From the NCBI RefSeq assembly GCF_036321535.1, contig NC_087436.1:12772001-12836000 (forward strand): 64,000 nucleotides of DNA, in the 5' to 3' direction. The DNA is from Camelus dromedarius (Eukaryota). Shown piece by piece: positions 13,460-25,125 of the stretch. Below the pieces are notes generated by a model. That model was not told where the DNA came from. It searched no databases and saw nothing but the letters and a program-made list of their open reading frames with translations. Position numbers and translations under genes: made by a program. Positions within the stretch are counted from its first letter, which is position 1, and each line of letters begins with the position of its first letter.

Positions 13460-13473
13460 GCTCCCCCTGGTGG
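13460..13473 (-). promoter_or_regulatory. CTCF motif CCACCAGGGGGAGC
   Basis: Close match to the CTCF core consensus. Confidence 0.55.
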
Positions 13474-16058
13474 AAAATTATGATATTTAAAAAACAGGGC
13501 CTCCTAACCAGTGTAACGGGAAATGCATCAACAATAAAACTAAAGGGTACGTGATAACTACATCCAGACCATTAATTGCTCAAAGCTCTGCATCTTATGA
13601 CCTTAAATAACAACACATCCTAAGGGATTTATCCTTCCTAAGCAGAGATACATTTTCAGTACTTGAAGAAATATTCAGTAATGCCACCTCCGTACCCGAC
13701 TGCAGAAGACTTCCTTTGTTAGTTCAGTAAATCACAGCACTGTGATAATGAGGCCAGAGCCCTGGATTTGGTTCATGCACGGTTGGCAGCTGCTATGGGT
13801 CCAGTAGCCACCAGTTTCACTCTAACTCCAGCAAGTCATCTTAGTAAGATTTACCCTGAGCCACAGAAGACCCAGGGTGAGAGAGCAAACAGCCACAATT
13901 CTAACCCTCTAACTGGAAATCAACCCAAATATGCTGGTGGGTTAACAGTGACTATATTATTAATTATTCTTTCATCTAATGGCAACTTCTTTCCTCAGAA
14001 CCATCTCAAGGTGGCTGATAAAGTCCGTTTAAATGTTCATTGAGTTATTTATTTACTTTTAGTGGCTGTATCATTCAAACAATTTTACTTACATAATTTT
14101 ATGTATAAATCCTCTCATTCTTAAAATTTGACATGCACTGAATGCAGGAAATTAAGACGATTTAATGAAAAGCATTTTTCAGATGAACTTCTGTATGAAT
14201 GTCCTTTATATATGAGGCCCTGGCAGTCTGTACAAAATCAGGAACATAGCCCAAGGCCTAAAATATAAACCTAAATGTGTTATGCACTATAAAAATGTAT
14301 GTAGTCAACTCAAAAGAAACAGACTAATCAATCTCTTAGTTACTTGCAAAACTATATTGCATATTAAGTATTTGTAACGTTTATGTTGCCTGCAAAGAAC
14401 TAGTCCCAGATAAATTTGAAAATATAATCAGTCAGTGGAAAGGTCTAACATTGTGTTCAACAGAAACAGAACTTTCATCAGCGCCAAAGTGATGAAATAA
14501 GGATAATAACTTTAAAAAGTAATCACTTCTCTTGTGTGATCTATTAGCAATTTTATTTCCAAAGTTTCATTAAAAGCTAAATTTCGCAACCTTATACGTG
14601 CCCTCAGTATTCATTATGAAAACCCAACACTAATTCTCAGGAGAGGCCAGTGACTTCACATGTAGTTGATAGATTGTAGAAACAGATGCAGGAGACCAAA
14701 AAGGTAGATTGGGGTAAGAGTTAATAGGAATGATGCAGTTAATCAAAAGTTCCTCATTTGCAGTCAAACTGTAGTTTAAGGCACAAACTGGAGAATTAGC
14801 TGTGTTACTGTGGGTTCATTTTTTTAAAAAAATGAATTCTACCAACTAAAAGCAGCTACTTACCTGGACTAAATATCACCAAGTCAGCGACTTAACTATA
14901 CCAAGATTTTTACAGATTCTCTAACCAGAGAAATCATGTGGATGGTTCTCTTGTCTAAATGGAGTTTCTGCTGGGATAGTCCAAGCCTCAGGCCAACTTC
15001 TAGGCCTTACGTATTAAAATAAGAAAATTTAATCCACTGGAACTAAATATTTCAAGGTTAGGACTAACGTTTATCACATGCTGTATGTAATGGCATAAGC
15101 AATTTTCCTTGTGAATAAAGCTTTTCCCAAATACAATTTTAGTGGATACACGAGCTTTCATTGCCTGGATCTCTCATCACTTACATAACCACTTCCTTAT
15201 TCGGACCTTCAGTTTTGTGTGTGTGCTACACATAAGACTGTATTACCAACTTCGCAAGCAAAGCTCTTCCACAGTTAGCTGTATTTCCTTAAGATAAGTC
15301 TGACTTCAATGATGGTAAATAGCCAAGCGACCTACATTTTTTTTCCAATAAGAAGATCTCGCATTTTAAAGTTTTACAGTAAGTCACATAAACATTGCCT
15401 TGTATAATTAGCCAAGTGCGGTTACATGGCCACTAAAATGACCACAGCACTTACAGAAGATTTTGCTTTCACAGCAGTTAGCAGACACATGTTTATCTCA
15501 GAGATAATAAAAAAACCAAATAATCCAGCTGTTCTCCACACAGTAGCTGAGGAACTAGAAGCAAAACACAAGGTGTAATTTACTTTTTAAAGTGTGAGTT
15601 TAACAGTAATTTAAGTATATTGGGAAAAAAATGTGTAAAATCTTATTTGCTTTACATTACCCAAGTGCAGAAGCTGTGGATACATACTTACGCATTTTGC
15701 AGTTATGCCCCTTGGAACCCTTTCTATCTCAGTGAGATTTTGGCCATTGTATTTTAACAACCAAGCACTGTCATTTTGGGGTGATAATCCACACACTGAA
15801 CCATGCTGACTAAAGGAAAAGTAATTATAGGAAAATAATAACAGAAAATAGTAACAGAAAAGGCAAGAAAATAGAAAAACATCTATAGCAGTGGTAGCAG
15901 ATGCCCCTGTCCCCAGCGCTCTCCAGAAATTATCTCCCTTGAATGGCAAGGATCTCTCGGTAAAAGAAGTGATGTATTTTTAATGCATCAGGTGTAAAAT
16001 CGTCTTTGCTTTTCCAAGCTCATAATCAGTTCAGGCAAAAATCAACTCTGCCCCTCGC

Positions 16059-16533
16059 TGTTACCGAAGGCAAGTTTAAGTGCCCGCAGTATCATGGGGC
16101 CAAACTAATTGAAACATGAGTTTGGAGCAGAGAAAGATTTACTGCAGGGCCGAGCAAAGAGGATGGGGCAGCTCATGCCCAAGAAAACCCAAACTCCCTG
16201 AAGGGTTTCAGCAAAGCCTATTTAAAGGCCGGGTGAGGAATGGGGGTTGCAGTGTACGTGATCAGCTCGGGGCACAATTCTCTAATTGGTTGATGTGGAG
16301 GGAACAGGGCGGTCAACACTATCAACCCCAGGGCACCGGAAGGTCTGGGGCCCACATGCTCATGATTATTAAGTAGTTAATTTCTTCCTTTTAAGTGGTG
16401 GTTTTTAGCATCCGAAAAACTCAGGAAGTATACATGAGATAGGACTATCTGGGTGCTTCAGAGAGGAGCTGCCCAGAGGACATGGGGGAGGGGTCTGGCC
16501 CTGGAAGGCCCCCCAGGGTTCTGCTCGGTTACA
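16059..16533 (-). mobile_element. Solo LTR (same family as 4524-4996)
   Basis: TG...CA termini, 4-bp TSD tcgc/tcgt. Confidence 0.82.
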
Positions 16534-19500
16534 TCGTGACTTTGGCTAGGATGTAAACATGAGAGGTCAAAGCGAAAATCTGCTTTAGTTTTCCTCCTTC
16601 CATCATCCTAAAAAAAATTGGCTGTCCTCAAGTTATTCCCTAATTAAAAACCTCAGAGGCAATTCCCAAAGTTCAGGACAAGAGACCTAAAAACTCTAAA
16701 GAAAAATATGATCATAAGATTTTGTTTTTTCCAAAACAGTGGAGGTAGGGCTAAAGGTAGGAGCTTGGTCTTAATGTGGTGTCCCTAAGTCTCCAGCACT
16801 GTACTTGATGGGCACTTAGCAAAAGTTGGTTGACTTGGTGGCTGAATTAATCAGAGAGTATATTTCAAAACAGCTTTTTTTCCTTAAAGGTTTCTTCACT
16901 CTCATTTCTCATAAGCTATTATGACATGGCCAAGGATTACTTAATCCTCTAATTTCTTATTAACTGCCAGAAAATCCTTTCTCCTAACATACTGAAATTC
17001 CTAAAACCTTCTGTAAAGATTCTATGTAAAGGTTTTTCACAGGGGAGCATTTTCCACTAGGTCAGAGACCTTGACGCAGCAAAGTCTTTTTTAAATTTGT
17101 AAAGTAAATGCAGAGTTAGAAGTACTTCTTAATTACTGAGATGGTCATTTACACACTTTCCCCTGTATAATGCAACTATAATGTGCTATAAGACAGATGG
17201 ATGGCTTTTGCAATCATAAAAGAGCCAACTCAGACATAACGTGATATACATATTAGAAAACCATTAAAATATGAGGAGAAATTATTGAAAGACAAATGAT
17301 CCTATAATTAATTCTATGTTATTTCTTTGACGGAAACATTTTCCGTCAATCTCCAAGTAAACCATTCTACAGACTACACAGAACAGAATCTTTTCATTAG
17401 GGACTTCAGAGAAGGAAGAAAAATGTCACTTGGGGATTTCAAGTCAAGACGTTTAGTAAAAGTGTGAAAGTCAAACAAGGCATGACAAGTGGTTGTGTCT
17501 GCCATCGTGGGAATATTGTGGGAAGGGAGAAAAGAAAGACAAGAACAAATGGATGCCACAAAAATCAGACAAAGCCCGCTTTGTGGCTGACGGATAATTC
17601 AAATGATCACCCTAGGCTGCACAGACAATGCAGAATTCAAGACAGAGATGTAAACCGCATTGCAAATTAGTGGCATGTATTTTTAAATGTTTCTTGTTCA
17701 GACTCTTAACTCATCATCTCTGCCAGTGTTTCAAGAGTCCAGAAGCAAATGGAGTGACTCATGAAATCTACTTTCTTGAGGAAAGGTATCTGAACAAGTT
17801 TAAGGCACAGTGGAAAATTTCAAGAAGGAGCAGAACTGGCTGTGGTCTGCCTTCCCTTCAGTGCCCAGGAACCTGCAAGCAGCCCAAAGCCCAAAAGGGA
17901 AGGTGTGAGGATGCAGAAGGAGCAGAGACCCAGCCGGATGACTCTCTCCCCAGGGCTGCAAGGCATCCTCACTGAAATCACCCTCTGTGGGGACAGAGCC
18001 GGAGGGTTGGAGGTGGATTCGACTTTGTCCCACTCTAACTGCTCTAACTATGCGGCTGAGGGCTACTGGATTAAATGAATGGACCTGCTTGTACTCTGTG
18101 TTAATTAGAACCTTTTTAAAAAGTAAGTAAAGATGAGAATATCAAAATAATCATCTTAAAATATTTCTCTACAGTTTATATGTATAAAAAAAAAAAAACA
18201 ACCCATTCTTGTTCTTTATTGAGAGCCTTGGGTTTTTGAAAGGTAAACAACTTGCTAAATTTGGTATAGATCTGGAGATAAAACTAAGGAAGACCAATAG
18301 AAACTATCTTGGTTCAGGAAATAGGTTGTATTTTGTCTTGTATTTCTATGGCACAGCACAGTGCTCAAAAATTATTATTGCTAAGTAAATACTAAACTAA
18401 AACAATTTAAATTATGTACATATTCCAGAATTCCTGATGAATAAATATGAGACTCATAGATATTCCTAAGGAATAAGTCTAAGTACAATTAATAAATAAC
18501 TGATACACTGTGTGTGAGTCAGTGTGCCAGGCAAAAATGGATAAAACCCAGTCCCAGTCCTGTGAATGCTTGCCAGACCGTCTGGCTTTATTGGAAAATA
18601 AAAGCATTTACTGGCCATACTCAACTTAATTGAAGAAGTCTCTTCAAGTGTAACCACCCAGGGTCAAGCACACCGTTATCTTCTCCAGGTCTAGGACAGC
18701 TCTGTCCTGTTGAGCCCTCGTACGTTGGGGTCATCGGCCTCTCAGCATGAGATGGTGCACTCTGCGTGGTACCCTAGGGAGCATGGGCGGCCGCGGGGCC
18801 GCCGGGGCCGCCGGGGAGGCGGGGCCGCGAGCTAGGAAAGACTCAGCAGCTACCTCGGTTGTTTAAATCATTCTGAACCTGCGTGTACTAAAGAAGGTGC
18901 TGCAAACCAAGGAAAAGGCACATCACAACCTAAGCAGGACTGCTTGGGAATCCCTAGGAAGGTTCTAAGCTGTCTCCACTTATCTAGTAGTCCTGTAGAC
19001 TATTATCCTTAAATCTCCACCCATAAGAATACAGAATCGGTCCTGGGGTCTCAGCCCCACCCCCTACAGCAGTGCCCTCGGAGCTCCTAAACTTAAGGTC
19101 TTAAGAATATGGCCCACACCTTGGAGTTTCAAGAACAAACTATCTCAAGGTGAAAAAAAACTTCGCGTATGCTGCCTGGCTTCCTGCTGTCGCCAAACAG
19201 CCCGTATTGCACGCACCTTGTACAACTGGCCTGGACTATACTGTAGCAATAGACTGTGCGTTTCCTAAAAAGAAGGACGTGTCCCGTTTCGCTCTGAATC
19301 TCTAAGGCCTAGCTTTGTGTACAGAACTAAACGAAACAGTACTCATCCAGCAGGACCATGCCGAAGAAATGGAAACTGACAGCTTTTCTCACCAGCCATT
19401 TACTTAGATTACCTGTGGGTGACTTAAGTGACTGAATTTGTGCACAGGTTTTTGTGAGACACTGGGATAATAAAAAATATATGTATATTGCCTACATATT

Positions 19501-20132
19501 GGCATAGCAGGGCCAAAGGATAAGGGAAACATATGCAGGAGTAATGGGATGTCAGACAATCAGTTCCACTGGAACATTTAGATATGAGGTATAGATGCCA
19601 CTATTACTATTCATTTTCTAATGTGCACTCTGTGATGAGCACTGAAATGCTAACCTCACCCTGAAATGTTTAGAACAGGACATGGCATAAAGTAGTCCTC
19701 AGTAATTTTAGTGTGATAGGTGTATGCATGCCTTTAGAGCTTACAAAGTACATCCCTATATAAATAATCAAAGCTGCTCAATTTTTAGCCTCTTCATAAC
19801 TAAATGCTTTGAGTACATTTATGTTTCATCTTATAGTCACAATAAGGCTTTGAGGTATTGTATCATATCTACCCCACAAATGGAAAAGGGACCTTCTGAG
19901 AGGTTCACACTACCAGAGAGCGTGAAACCAGGATTAGAAACCTGATTTATCCAACTGTAAAGCCAGGGTTCTTTGTAGAATACAAACTGGACCCCCAATG
20001 TGATCTTCACTTTAGCCCCGTGATATACACGGTACAAACATTAACCTTACTTTACCCCTGTGATATAAATATTACAAATATCATTTTACAGATTTGTTCC
20101 TTTAATAAAGACGTGTTGATAACCTTACAAGC

Positions 20133-20467
20133 TGCTATGGAATGAATGTTTGTGTCCCCATCAAAATCCATGTTGAAATCCTAAGGCCCAATGTGGTGGT
20201 ATTAGGAGGTGGGGCCTTTGAGCAGCGACCAGGTTATGAATGGGATTAATGTCCCTTATAAAAGAGACCCCACAGAGCTCCCTAGGCCCTTCCGAAATGT
20301 GAGGATCCAACAAGGAGCCTTTGACTTGGAAGAGAGGCCTCCCCCAGTGGTGCTAGCACCCTGGTCTTAGACGTCCAGCCTCCAGGACTATGAGAAATAA
20401 ACTTCTGTTGTTCATAAGCTACCCAGCCAGTGGCACTGTGTTGTAGCAGCCCAGAGAGACTAAGACA
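20133..20467 (+). mobile_element. MaLR LTR (MLT1-like)
   Basis: tgctatgga.tgaatgtttgtgtcccc start, aataaa, gactaagaca end. Confidence 0.85.
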
Positions 20468-20469
20468 CA

Positions 20470-21550
20470 TGGCAAGCACCGCTCTGGGCACTGGAAACAC
20501 AGCAAGTGATCAAAACCATCTTTGGAGTTTACATTCTGGGAAGAGGAAAACAAAAAATCTCAACAAGTACTTGTCAGCTGCAAGCGTTGTGGAGAAAGAT
20601 AATGCAAGGTAAGGAGTTAGGATGGACCAAGAGGGGTTGGGTAGAATTATACCTATTGGATGTGGCGTGATCAAGAGGAGGGGCCTTTGATAAGATACTG
20701 GAGGGAGCAGAGACCTGAAGGAGGTGGAGCCAGCCATGGGTTGTCTGGAGAGACCAGAAAGGGCAAAGTCCCCAAGACAGGGATGTTCTTGGCCTACCGG
20801 AGTCAGAGCTGGGAGGTCAACATGCCAGGAGTGTTAATGGGGGCAGGGGTTGGGGGAGGGCTGGCAAGAAAGAGAGAAGGCCAGAAAGGAGCTGAGACTA
20901 AATTACATAGTCTTTCAGGACACTGTAAGGACTTTAGATTTTACGCTGAAGGACATAAACCACTGGGCAGATTTCACCCAGTGCAGCACATGCCCAGCGG
21001 GAGACTAGGTGGGAGGCTGTTGCGATGGTCCAGTTAGAGGGATGGCGCTTTATATTAGACTGATAGTGAAAGACAAGTTTGCCTGCAAGGGTTTTGTCCT
21101 GAGCATGGAGAGATAGCGTTGCCAAGAGTGGGGGACGATCTGGGGATGAAGATCAGGAGTTCAGCCTTCAACATGCTGCTTCTGAGATGCCTTTTACCGA
21201 GGATGTCAAGTCGGCGGCTGGATCTGGATTTTACAGGAGGACAAGTCCATGCTGGAGGCATAAGTGTGCACTCTGTCAAGGCACTGATGGTAAATATCGG
21301 AGAGGGGAGCATCTAAGGAGTGGGTGAGTCAGAGGCAAGGCCATCAGTGCTCCACACCTTCACCTTTAGAGACAAAGAGGATCCAGTCAAGGCGACTGGG
21401 ACGGAGTGGGCAGAGAAGAAGGAGGAAATCTTCATACAATTTCCAGAAGAAAGCATTTTAGGAGAAAGTGATCAGTTTGGTCCAATACCACTGATAAGTC
21501 ATGGAAGATGAGGGCCAAGACTGACCACTGAATTTAGCAGCCTTGGCTGA
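20470..21550 (-). mobile_element. L2 fragment
   Basis: Purine-rich antisense L2 motifs such as caggagttcagc...gagatgcc and gactgaccactgaatttagca. Confidence 0.65.
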
Positions 21551-21805
21551 TTGATGGAGGTTATGAGTCCTAGCTTCCCTGAAATGAGAAAAACAAGGTC
21601 TGAAAGATTAATTCAATTGAACAACCAAGATCACATAGCCAGTTAGCAACAGAACTGGGCCCAGAACCAAACGCTGAACACAGGCCTTTGGAAGTCAGCC
21701 CTGTTTCTTGAATCCCAGACCACACTCTTCTTCAGTAATATTTTGTGATGTCATTCTTCCCACAGTAACTGCCATTCATAAGGGAGACTCTAAAAGCACT
21801 CTAAG

Positions 21806-21917
21806 GTGGGGGGAGGGTATAGTTCAGTGGTAGAGTGTGTGCTTAGCATGCATGAGGTCCTCGGTTCAATCCCCAGAACCGCCATTAAGAATAAATAAAT
21901 AAATAAACCTAATTATT
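21806..21917 (+). mobile_element. tRNA-derived SINE (Vic-1-like)
   Basis: A and B boxes, (aaat)n tail, TSD aaagcactctaag/aaggcacactaag. Confidence 0.88.
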
Positions 21918-22529
21918 AAGGCACACTAAGATGGTAAGCCAAAAGGAATAAACCTCAGTAGAACTGAGGGCATGCTGACAGTCAGACAATAGTTTAGTAT
22001 TTCATGACAGAAACAATGGCTCTCAAATCAAACCAAACAGACACTGCAACCAGGACAGGACCAGGTGTCAAACACAACGCGATGCAAAGAAATGTTTACA
22101 TCTCCTAAAAATGAATTCTCTGTTTATAGTGTTTTGCCACATGATTCTCATGGAAATAATGAGATGAATCAACACCTCAGGCCTGACTGCCGTTATGTTG
22201 TTAGTACTATGTAGAGTCAGGGGATCTGAGTCCCCAGAACTCTTTCTTTCATTTGACTTATCAAGGTGCTCCAAAAGGGGGAGGGGAGGATATATTTTAC
22301 TTCTTTAATAATTCAAACAAATGTTTAGGGGGCCAAAGGCACAAGAAAGCCCCAAACCATTCAGGTATGAAAGACATAGTTTTAACAGTCCCTACTCCTC
22401 CCTCAAACGCACAACCCCCAACAGCAAAAGAGGCTCGATCATTTAAAGAATCCACTCAGTTGCCAACATTTGCTGAATGACTTTGCAGACTAAGAAGTTA
22501 AGATTTCCAAAGGGAAGAAGAGTGGGGGA

Positions 22530-23180
22530 TGGGTGAAAAGGATCCGGACCGGGCTCTGGAAAGGAAAGCGACCCAGCACGGGGCGGGGAGGGAGGCGCTG
22601 ACCGTCCCAGGGCATCTGCAGCGGGGGCGCATGGCGGGGCTGGCGGGGCTCTCGCCTCGCAGAGTCCGAGTGCCATCGCTCGGACCTGGGCCCCAGACCC
22701 GGGGTCTCCCTCCAGGGCTGCAGCTGGCTCGCGGCGCCCGCCTTCCCGCCTCTCTTTCCCGGAACGCGGGGCAGAAGGGATCGCGCGCGCGAGCGCGGGC
22801 CGCCGCTCGGTTACCTGACGCCGCCGTGTCTCCCCAGAAGGCGGAGGCGCAGCGCTTCAGCGCTGGCCGGCACCCCCGCGACCGCCTCGGCCGGGGTGCC
22901 GAGTGTCCGGGACCCGGGGCCCAGGCCGGAGAGTCGCCTGCAGCAGGTGCAGCGCCCGGGCCCCGCTCCTGGCCCCGCGCGTGACAGCCCCGAGCCCAGG
23001 TTCCCGCGCGCTCGCTCGGCCAACCCGCGGGGTGACGGCGCCCGCGCGCCCCCTGCTGGCCGGGCCCCACCGCGCGCCCAGCCCGGCTCTGAAGTCCCCA
23101 GGTCTGGCCTCGCTGCGCTCAACATCTCAACAAGCAGGACCGCCAAACATAGTTCAGGATTTAGGATCGCTGGCTCAGCT
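22530..23180. promoter_or_regulatory. CpG island with minus-strand splice donor
   Basis: Very GC/CpG-rich stretch in an AT-rich context; minus-strand CAG|gtaacc at 22815/22814. Confidence 0.85.
23046..23061 (-). promoter_or_regulatory. CTCF motif GGCCAGCAGGGGGCGC
   Basis: Consensus match, but inside a GC-rich island. Confidence 0.65.
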
Positions 23181-23649
23181 CCCTCCTTCTGTTTTTGGAG
23201 TTTGCGCCAAAGATCTAAAGATCCTCCCTGCACTCCGTTCCCTTCCAAACTCTGAGTTTGAGAACGAAAAACCCAACAAGATAAAAGGCCCCCAAGACTT
23301 TCTTCCAAGGAGCTAGAGAATTGAATCTAGGCCGGCTTTGTTTCTCCCCAGCGCCGTGAAGAACCTGTTTTTTTTCTGTAGTTGTAGATACCACCCATGC
23401 AAAGCCTGCTGGGAAAACAGAATTACTGCAAATATTCTTTACTAGTTACTGAGAGGGATGCAAAAGAACCACACGCAGGGAGTTAACAATCTAGTTAATT
23501 TTGAGTGCATGAAGAAAGGGGAGCCAGTCTCCTTTAAACTTAGTGTTTGAATCATTTTGTTTGAATCACAACCCTAGGAGATAGGATTTTTTAAAATTTT
23601 ATTTATTTATTTATTTACTTACTTATTATTTACTTACTTACTTATTTTT

Positions 23650-23915
23650 TGGAACAGAGAAAGGTTCATTGCTGGGCAGAGCAAGGGGGACACATGGCTC
23701 ATGCCTCCAAAACCCCCAAACTCCGGGAGGGTTTCAGCTGAGCATTTTTAAAGGCCAGCCGAGGGAGGGCATCCCAGGGACTATAATCAGCTATACAGAA
23801 TTCTGAGTGGTTGATGGTGATCAATCCTTGGGCACCAGAAGATCTGGGGCTACATGCTCATGATCATCAAGTAGTCCATTTCTTCCATTTGGTGGTGGTT
23901 TTCAGCATCTGTAAT
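23650..23915 (-). mobile_element. Partial LTR (same family as 16059-16533)
   Basis: Shared blocks such as gcagagaaag...gctcatgc...gggtttcagc...catgctcatgat. Confidence 0.75.
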
Positions 23916-23934
23916 AACAAATGAATAACAGAGA

Positions 23935-24270
23935 ATATAATTATTCCCATTTTACAGTTGAGACTGAGACACAGAGAAGTAGGTACATTTCCCAAGGTTA
24001 CGCAGCCGGAAGTTATAAAGCTGGAATTTAAACCTAAGTGGTCTGGCTCCAGTGTCTGTCCTCTGAGCTCTCATATAATAAATACCGCCTCAGAGAAAAA
24101 TGAACTATGATCTCACTTAATCCTCACAACAAATCCACCAGGTGGATACCACTGTCTCCATCTTACAGGCAAAGAAGTGTAGGTGCAGAGAGGCTAAATC
24201 ACTGTCCAGGATCGTGGAGCTAGTACGTGGTGCAGGCAAGACTGGATTAGTAACCGCCAGTCTGATCCTT
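23935..24270 (-). mobile_element. Two MIR fragments
   Basis: cccattttacag...gagacacagagaagt and ccatcttacag...agagaggctaa cores. Confidence 0.65.
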
Positions 24271-24339
24271 AACAAACCACAGAAACAGAGATGCTTTTTT
24301 CAAACATCCAACTGTTGTACAGACTCAGCCTCCCAGCCC

Positions 24340-25125
24340 TGATTACCACATTGAGACTCAAGGACAGAATTTTGGATGAGGTAAAAAAGGCAGCTTTCTT
24401 TCTTTGCCAGGCAAAGGAGGTCACGGTGGGCTAATGTCTCCATGACCGTGAGCCTGCCAGGGAGAGAAGCCAGGTGGTTTTATAGTAAAAATTCAAGAGT
24501 TCACGGGGTGGTGCTGGTTTCCATAGAGATCCCATACAGGGTAACTTTTGTTACAAAGTCGTTCTTGTTTTTGCAGATGCAATGGTCCCCTTCCTTCTGG
24601 ATATGATATTTTCCTCAGGCTTTGGGAATCTCGTAATATTCTTGTGCCTAGAATGAAGGGTTCTTAGCGAAGGGGTCTGTAGAAAAGTGCTCCAGAGAAA
24701 TACTTGTGCAGTTTAAAGTCAAGTTGATATCTGCTTCTAGTATTTTAGGCAAGCTGAGGCCTGGGACCTCTTGCTACAGTGTATGCACAGGCCAGGACCT
24801 GCACCTCAAACAACAGAATACAAAAGAACCACAAGGGACTAAAAATAATTGTGTGCATGTGCAGTTGGGGCCAGTTATGAACAACAAGACACAGAAAACA
24901 GAAATCCAACTGCCATTTCTGAGGTGTCGGGAGCAAAAGCAGGGCACTGAACATGATCCCTGTACGCAGCAGCATGAGGGGGTTGGGGGACCACCCAAAC
25001 CTCCTTCCTCTCCAGCCTAACCCTGGTTGGCAAAAGCATGAGAAAAGCCATTTAAATTATTATACAGTTAAGCAGTTATAAATACCATATGGTCACTGAT
25101 GACAGTGCGGTCCTGCTCAGTTACA
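24340..25125 (-). mobile_element. LTR element (ERV1-like)
   Basis: Ends cctgctcagttaca, like the 16.5 kb LTR end; LTR-like body. Confidence 0.55.

Larger units (their letters stand above)
139..22815 (-). pseudogene. Putative decayed multi-exon gene with C-type-lectin-like, EGF-like and helical modules; continues past the left edge
   Basis: Splice-bounded blocks: donor at 22815, 15042-14864, 13466-13361, 12394-12284, 11656-11474, 11143-11045, from 10933, 2157-2071, 1135-895, 621-555, 235-139; mostly phase 1-1; internal stops and frameshifts. Confidence 0.55.

Noticed and set aside
17430..17498. Possible extra 69-nt phase 1-1 exon (DTTTCHALFDFHTFTKRLDLKSP) after a strong pyrimidine tract
   Set aside because: Donor is weak and no motif is recognisable, so it was left out of the exon chain
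22443..23316. Several overlapping 120-190 aa ORFs on both strands
   Set aside because: Expected from stop-poor GC-rich CpG-island sequence; Pro/Arg/Gly/Ala-rich with no recognisable domain
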